From positions 1 through 27,600 of the forward strand of contig NW_021833335.1 of NCBI RefSeq assembly GCF_006345805.1: a stretch of DNA of 27,600 bases, written 5' to 3'. Under the pieces are notes generated by a model. The model made no database searches. It was not told the DNA's origin and saw nothing but the letters and a program-made list of their open reading frames with translations. Every line of letters begins with the position of its first letter. Position 1 is the stretch's first letter. The stretch comes from Octopus sinensis (Eukaryota). Positions 21,020 through 27,600 of the stretch are shown here, piece by piece. The position numbers and the translations under genes are program-made.

Positions 21020-22163
21020 GAGATTCAATAGAGTGCACTGCATCATCGATTGCAAGTGAAAAGAGGAGGGGCCCGAGCGGGTCTCCCTGCTTAACTCCTG
21101 TCTGGGAGCGGACGATTTCGTTAACAAAGATGAGCGTGCTCTCCTCGCCGTAGGATAGAAAAACCAAATGGGCGATTTCCGGAACTTAAGCGGGGACATA
21201 CGATCCTCGAGGCCAATCTAGCAGCCAGGCGACAGAAGTAATTTCCAACTGCTATGGGACGGGTTCCGCCATTTCTCTTCCGGAATGCAAGTAGATGTGC
21301 TGAGAAGACTATGTTCCTCGCATAGTAGGGGATATCCCCGTTCAGTATCTTACCGACTAAAGCTGCTATAGCGGATATCAGAGAGTTGCCTGCCTCGCCA
21401 TTTGAGGAAGAGGTGAGGTCCTTGATGTGGCCCAGGCGGAGGCCATCAAGTCCGCCGCAGCTGCTTTTGCCAAAAGATTAAATTGAGAACTTAATTTCAT
21501 CTTCCGATGGGTTGAGCGTGCAAGACACAGATGGGCGAGTAAGAGGCCGCAGATCAGAAGGAGGATTCTGGGTGTTTGGATCTCAGGTGGGCAAGGACAG
21601 TAGGGGTTGGTTTTAACACTGTGTCGTCGTTTGAGACTGTGCAAATGACAGCCCGGACGTCACCCTTGGCTAGTTTGGCACGAACACGATCATTCAGGGT
21701 GTCTTCAAAACACTGTGGGGTTTTCTTTTTGTTATTTGAGGAGTGCTTGCGATCAACATCGGGAAAGGTTGTCATTGAGTGCGAAGAAATTCTGTTGATG
21801 TTCTCTTTAATCAATTCTGCGAGAGGAGGTGGATTTTTCCTAGTGCGGATGGGAGTTCCGAGAGTCAGTGGGGCAAAACTGATTAGACGGGACCATGCTT
21901 CCCAACTGTTGGACGTGAGCGTATTGTTGATGAAGGAATTAAGACATTTGGAAACTTGTATCCTTGCTGACTTTGGAATGCAAAGGGGGATTTTCAAAGA
22001 ACTTGGACAATTTGATGAGGAATGAGTTGACATCCAATTGATGAGCACTAGCACTAGTTGGCTCTTTAGAGGGTTCAGTGGAACCAGGGAGTGGGATGCA
22101 GTTCAGGAGAATGCATGAGGGGCACGCCCATTTTGTGAAGGCAGATGCAATTTTTTTACTCAA
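21020..22163 (-). mobile_element. CRE-type RLE retrotransposon, inverted 5' segment (pre-RT region and RT motifs)
   Basis: Minus strand: KLAKGDVRAVI..LRSKHP, GGLDGLRLGH, LLAFRKRNGGTRPIAVG, GVKQGDPLGPLLFSLAI. It stops just before YLDD. Confidence 0.85.
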
Positions 22164-22169
22164 CTTGAC

Positions 22170-23285
22170 ACAGTAAAGGTGGAAAAAGCGGCTGCATCAA
22201 AAGCAGCGGATACCGTTTTTCCCGGGACAAAAGAGGTTGGACGCAAGCAAAACCTCCCGTCAGGTTTGGAGGGATCGGTATTCGCTCGCCTAAAGATCTG
22301 GCGCCACACGCACATTTCTCTTCAATTTCCAGAAGACGTCAACTTGTCCGAGAGGTTCTACTCTCCTTCAACAAACTCTCTCTGGAGTTGGCAACTGTCG
22401 ACCTCCTGGATTTCTGGACCAAATCTGGAGTTTATATCCTATCTGAGATGTCCAGACAGAGGGATTGGGACGAGATCTGTGCAGCACATTCGTTCTCTAC
22501 GCTCAAACCGGCCTTGGACCAACACAGCAAAGCGTGCTTGTTTGCTGCAGCACACAAGCATAGCGGGTCCTGGCTTGGCTTGACGCTCGACGGGTTCCCT
22601 ATTAGACAACGAAACACTGCGTATTGGGGTTTCTTTTCGGCTGAGGCTTGATGTCTGCGCCCCTCATCCCTGTCGATGCGGAGGTACGGTGGACGTGAAA
22701 AACTTTCACCCCCTCTCCTGTTGCCGGAGCGCAGGCCGCTCGCCCACCATGGAGCAATCAACGACGTAATCTCAAGAGGACTCAACGCTGCTGGCTTCCC
22801 CAATGTGCTAGAACCAGCCGGATTGGACAGAGAGAACGGCAAACGCCGGATGGGATGATTACCTTCCCATTCCGGAATGGAAATTGCTTGATCTGGGATA
22901 CCACGCGTGGAGACACGTGGCCCCCATCCGCCTTGCTCTCATCTGCTTTTTCTTCCGCCTCGGCCGCGACTTTGGCAAAAGCTCGCAAAGTAGAAAAGTA
23001 CAAGAATCTTGCCACTCGGCATTCCTTCGTGCCTGTGGTTTTTGAGACATCAGGCGCTTCCGGTAACCTCATGCTTCATAAAAGATTTTGGAATCCTCAT
23101 TGCTCGGAAGAAAATGGATGCTCGCGAGTCCTCTTGGTTGAGTCAGAGAATCTCGCTCGTAATCGTGTGCGGGAACGCGCAAGCAATCCGTTCGGCTGGG
23201 CTATTACTCCTGAAAAAAATTGTTATGTTGTTCAAAACTCGACAGTTCATATCCATAATTTTCTCATTTTTCAAATGAATAAATC
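22170..23285 (+). mobile_element. CRE-type RLE retrotransposon, sense 3' segment (thumb, zinc knuckle, restriction-like endonuclease)
   Basis: [58 protein letters not shown](P)DGM, LIWD, KVEKY, FVPVVFETSG, WLSQRISLVI..GNA; AATAAA at 23278. Confidence 0.88.
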
Positions 23286-24779
23286 TAATTAGTGATTGTC
23301 TATTTTGAATCCTTACCCACAGAGTGTCTGTGGATATACAAAAAAGCAATCACAGCTGGAACTCCAGCAGTAAGAAAATTATTAAAAATAATTCAATCTG
23401 GGTTGGCTTGACCTGTTTTTTTAATTTTGAATAATTGCATAATTAACTTAATAATCACTAACCATTAAATTTTACATGCTTTTAACATCTCTTAATTCAA
23501 GTTATTTTGAGTTAAATTACTTTTGTGCGTACTCTTGTCAACGAAATCAACATTTTAGTCAATTTTGGAACAAGACTCCAAGCGTTGCCAAAACCATTTT
23601 GTATAATATTTGATCGTGTTCAATTCCAGGCAAGATTTTCAGATTCAAATATTTTGATACATTAGACATCTAATATAAACGTGAATTACGTGGATATCGA
23701 CGCGTTTTCACGTATAGGCAGATAAAAACATTTTAAAATCTAATTCTAACAGTACAATAAAATGCCATTTTTAATCTCCCGAAATCAGAAAATACTCATA
23801 AATAAAAAGCTCATTTTATTAACTGACAAAAATATGAAAATGAATGCATTTCAAAATTGTAAAAGACAACTAATCATGGAAGAAGCATATAATGTGTTGT
23901 TTCCTAACAGTGTACTGCAACCTCTGTCTGCTTCCATTAAACAATTTTCAATTCAAAATGGAATGTGAATAATAAAATATTCGGATGACATTAATTAACT
24001 ACCCCGATTATTCATTCTAATATTTGAAACGGAACAATTCGTTTTTCTGAATTTCAGTGTAGTATAAATGGAGAACTCTTCGTCTTTTGATAAAATAAAT
24101 AGAACAGATCAAATATCGAATTCGACACGTCGGAATTTTGAAAGAATTTTTAATTTCATCCACTGATAAACTGACGTTAAGAAACAAGGAGGCGTTGTTT
24201 CTTAAACATACATCAAGGGTTAATCGGTTGCATGAAAAAATAATAAATTGACTGTGTGGAAAATACAAAACAAGAAGACAAGTAAAACGACCTTCTGGTC
24301 AAAAACTTTGAAATGGGAGGAAATATATATAATTTTAAGAAAAAGATTAGAGGAATAAATCGGAAAATATCACAAAAAATGACGAAATTTCAAATAAATA
24401 AATCACTAAAAGAAACTTCATCACGAGATATTCCTTCTAAATCCATTTTAATACAAAAATAAAGCAAAGCTAATTAATAGAGCAGTACAACAAACTAAAT
24501 AAACCGTATCTAGAAAGGTCATAATCTATTTGGTTTGCCATTAAAAATTAAGATATTTAAACAATAATTAATGAAAAATAGTTTATAATTATTATTGAAA
24601 TAATAATTTGTTTCTTTATTTAGTTTTTTTAATCGGTACTTCAAATTAAATTTTTCAAGTTCATTTTTTACATGCATAAATAAAATTATTTCTGAAATAT
24701 AAAATGCCATTTTCAGTCTTCGAAACCAATTTGATCAAAAATACTTCTTATTTAAGGCGTCGTGTCAAAAGTGCTTTCA

Positions 24780-25470
24780 ATTATCAATGTCTATGCTCCT
24801 CACAGTAGTATTTTCTTTCGTCAATTCGATAAGGTTTCTTTATCTGACTCTCAATCATACGGGTGACATAGGGTCGGATGATCATCAAATGATTGTGGAA
24901 AAATTATTCACGACTTAATTGTTCAAGCCGAACTAATAGCTGATCATTTGAAAATCAATTAATGTTAACCATCGAGAACATTCCTCTTTTTACTGGCACA
25001 ACTGCACTCCTCAACAAGCTCATCACAGTTTTAGGGGTCGCCCGAGGTGCTAGAAAACTTAAGAAATGTCAGTCAGATGGAGCAGACTACATCAAGCAGA
25101 GCTGATTAAGACAATCCAAATTGACTTATGGACAAAATTGAGATCATATTCAATGATATGTTTACTACCCACTCTCGGTAGGGGCAGGCACACTTATCTT
25201 TATACAAAAAGCCAACAAAATCTCCGGCCTTTTATATTTCTGATCACTTTGAGGAAACTTTTATTGCTACTTGTACTACTTCGCATAAATGTGAGTGTTA
25301 ATGAATATCTGGTGCCGAATTAAATCGGATTCAGGGTGAGAAGATCCACTGCGGATATTGTTTGAACTCACAGATGGCGATGCATCATTCGACAGAAATT
25401 TAAAAGAGTTAGGACCATCTTTGGTATCGACATGTAGAAAGATTTTGACTATGTCCTCCGTGACCAAACA
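24780..25470 (+). mobile_element. Highly decayed APE-RT LINE relic
   Basis: Motif remnants in order: IINVYAPHS, DIGSDDH, LYKK, GFRVRRSTAD, GIDM*KDFDYV. Confidence 0.65.
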
Positions 25471-25720
25471 CCGCTATGAAGGACTATTTCAAACCTGACG
25501 GCCCTCGTTTCAATGGACGTCAAAAAATACTTTCCTGGTTACAGTGGACAGAGACCTTCTGAGTTTGTGGAAAATTTAAAGTCCTAAATATGTAATCAAA
25601 AAAACAATAACAGATTTCTTTATTAATAAAAAACATAACTTATTTACTAAAATGTGTTTAAATTGTTTTTTATGGTTTGCCTAATTAAAGTTTTAAGTTT
25701 CACGGTGAAAGTGCGAGATA

Positions 25721-27319
25721 CAGTAAAACCTCTGGTGCTCGCCACCTCTGTTACTCGCCACCTCTATTGCTCGCCACATATTTTTCAAAAAATTAAAAAT
25801 TTCTAGTAAATTTTGATAAATATTCTATTGCTCGCCATTTTCTAAATCTCGCCATTAATTTTTAAAAATATTTTTTTTGGTTAAACTATTTTTTATATAA
25901 AATATTTCAACCAGGCTGAATTTAACATGCGTAAGTGCTAAAGATTGTCTTTTAATGGAAAACGTCGCATTCTTGCGTATATGGAGGAGAACAAAAGTCT
26001 CACGATGGACCGTATAGCAGTTGAGCAGTTGATCAGAAACAAGAAATTGATGCATTTACTTCTTTGATCTCTGCAAAGATTCAACAATATAATGCTGAAA
26101 ACATTTATAACGCTGATGAAACTGGGATTTTTTACAAATCTATCCCTTCAAAAAGTGTTTGTCAGAAGGTTCGACATGGACATAAAATCCTTAAAGAACG
26201 GTTTAATTTTTATTTATTTTTTAGATTTTCTTTGTTGCTATGCTCAAATATGACTGGGACAGACAAAAAAATTCCACTTATGATTGGAAAGTTCCAGAAA
26301 CCTCGCTGCTTTAAAAATTTTAAAGTCGAAAATTTTGTCGATTACTGTCATTCACCAAAAGCATGGATGACAAGTAAAATTTTTAACGAATGGCTTCTAA
26401 CATAAGATAGGCATCTAAAAAAACGAAAAATTCTTTTAGTTGTGGATCGATGCCCATCCCATAAACTTTACGCTGATTTACAGTCAATTGAAGTTCTTTA
26501 CCTACCTTCGAAGACTACAACAATTCTACAACCAATGAATCAAGGAATCATTAGATCCTTCAAAGGACATTTTAATAAACTTAAATTTGAGTTTATGTTA
26601 GAAAAAATTGAAAATGGAGAAAATCCACTGGAAGCTCATAAAAAAATAACTTTAAAAGACGGTCTTCTTTTTACATATTTTGCCTGGAAAAAAGTAACGA
26701 CCAAAAACAATTACAAATTGTTTCGGACATTCAAAATGGATCGAATGTGAAAATCAATTCGAAAGACCAACTGTTGAAATTGATAATTATGATCAAATTG
26801 TAAATATCTTGAAAATATTGGACCCGGTGGATAAAGATGATTTTATTAATCATGAATTTACCGAAATATATGAAATTGAAGATTACCTTAATATTGCTGG
26901 AGATTCTTTCCCACAAAAATATGACGATGAAGATACTCATAATGACGAATCTCATGTGAATTCAGAAGAGGCTTGGAAAATGTTGAAAAGAATAAAGTCA
27001 TTCTTTTATCAAAATGAAAATTTTGATATAAATTCGTTGGAACTAATCGACACCGTTATTAGAAATTTGGCTGAATTAAAAAAAACTATTAAAGATTTTT
27101 TTAGTTAATTTTTTCCTTTTAATTTCTTTCGATTCTCTTTGTTTCTTTGCTCAAATATGACTTGGAAGGCTCACTTATGATCGGAAAGTATCGAAAACGG
27201 AGATGTTTTCAAAATTTCAATGTCAACAAATTTATTGATTATTTCTATTGCTCGCCAAATTCTATTGCTCGCCATTTTTTCTTCGGTCCCGAAAATGGCG
27301 AGCACCAGAGGTTTTACTG
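25721..27319 (+). mobile_element. pogo/Tigger (Tc1-mariner superfamily) DNA transposon, defective
   Basis: Perfect 24-bp TIRs CAGTAAAACCTCTGGTGCTCGCCA (25721-25744, 27296-27319) and TA on both outer sides. Subterminal CTATTGCTCGCCA repeats. Confidence 0.95.
25927..27108 (+). pseudogene. pogo/Tigger DDE transposase pseudogene with a 24-nt intron (26201-26224)
   Basis: N-terminal MRKC*RLSFNGKRRILAY (HTH start) followed by a deletion. Then NADETGIFY, KER|FSLLLCSN, KAWMT, LLVVDRCPSH and QPMNQG (third catalytic D reads N). In-frame stop at 26403 and a frameshift near 26705. Confidence 0.88.
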
Positions 27320-27600
27320 TATTTTGAAAAAATGATTTTTTGCGGTCAGTGTACAAGAAATAAAATCAATAAACTCGCTCTAGCAGGTTGAACACAGCTT
27401 ACCAGCCGTCAGTGTTGTCCCTTTGGCTTCTCTCGGATCCCTCTTGGATAAAAAATTACTAGATCAGACTTTGTCTCCGTTTGTGACTTGATTGTTTATT
27501 TTATTTATTGTATGAAAATTTGAGTGAAAGCAATCTAATTTTTTTTAAGGAACAACTCTGTAAGAATGTTGGTTTTGAATCATCACCTCCTAACATTCTC

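Noticed and set aside
23278-23310. CRE element 3' flank loosely resembling the putative SL target (AATCTA...ATTGTC)
   Set aside because: The match is weak and gapped in AT-rich DNA, with no donor hairpin or TSD. There is no support that this CRE copy targets the SL gene.

Overview
This is AT-rich, repeat-dense eukaryotic DNA. ETS domains indicate a metazoan host, and 23-27-nt GT-AG introns point to an ultra-short-intron lineage such as dicyemid mesozoans (inference). Frequent 1-nt indels suggest a noisy long-read consensus, so some frameshifts may be artefacts. Layout: 1-5.8 kb is a patchwork of decayed RLE-type (R4/Dong-like) retroelements, two ETS-domain fragments and a hAT-like transposase piece. 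6.3-14.6 kb holds two distinct sister APE-RT LINEs (Jockey/I-like, three-knuckle ORF1). These are followed by a Buster/SPIN-like hAT (14977-16765), a 5-exon TM + coiled-coil host gene, a 5'-inverted CRE-type retroelement, a LINE relic and a pogo/Tigger element (25721-27319). Best candidate for an undescribed system: both LINEs end at exactly the same 13-bp site, CTAGGTATTTGTC. With the insertions removed, that site reads as a spliced-leader (SL) RNA gene: an AG|GT donor inside a 7-bp hairpin, followed by an Sm-type site. This suggests SL-RNA-gene-specific APE-type LINEs. One element has a 13-bp TSD and the other is flanked by a ~250-bp duplication, all inside a short TA-flanked inverted-repeat unit. 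The SL identity is inferred from structure only and needs transcript data.
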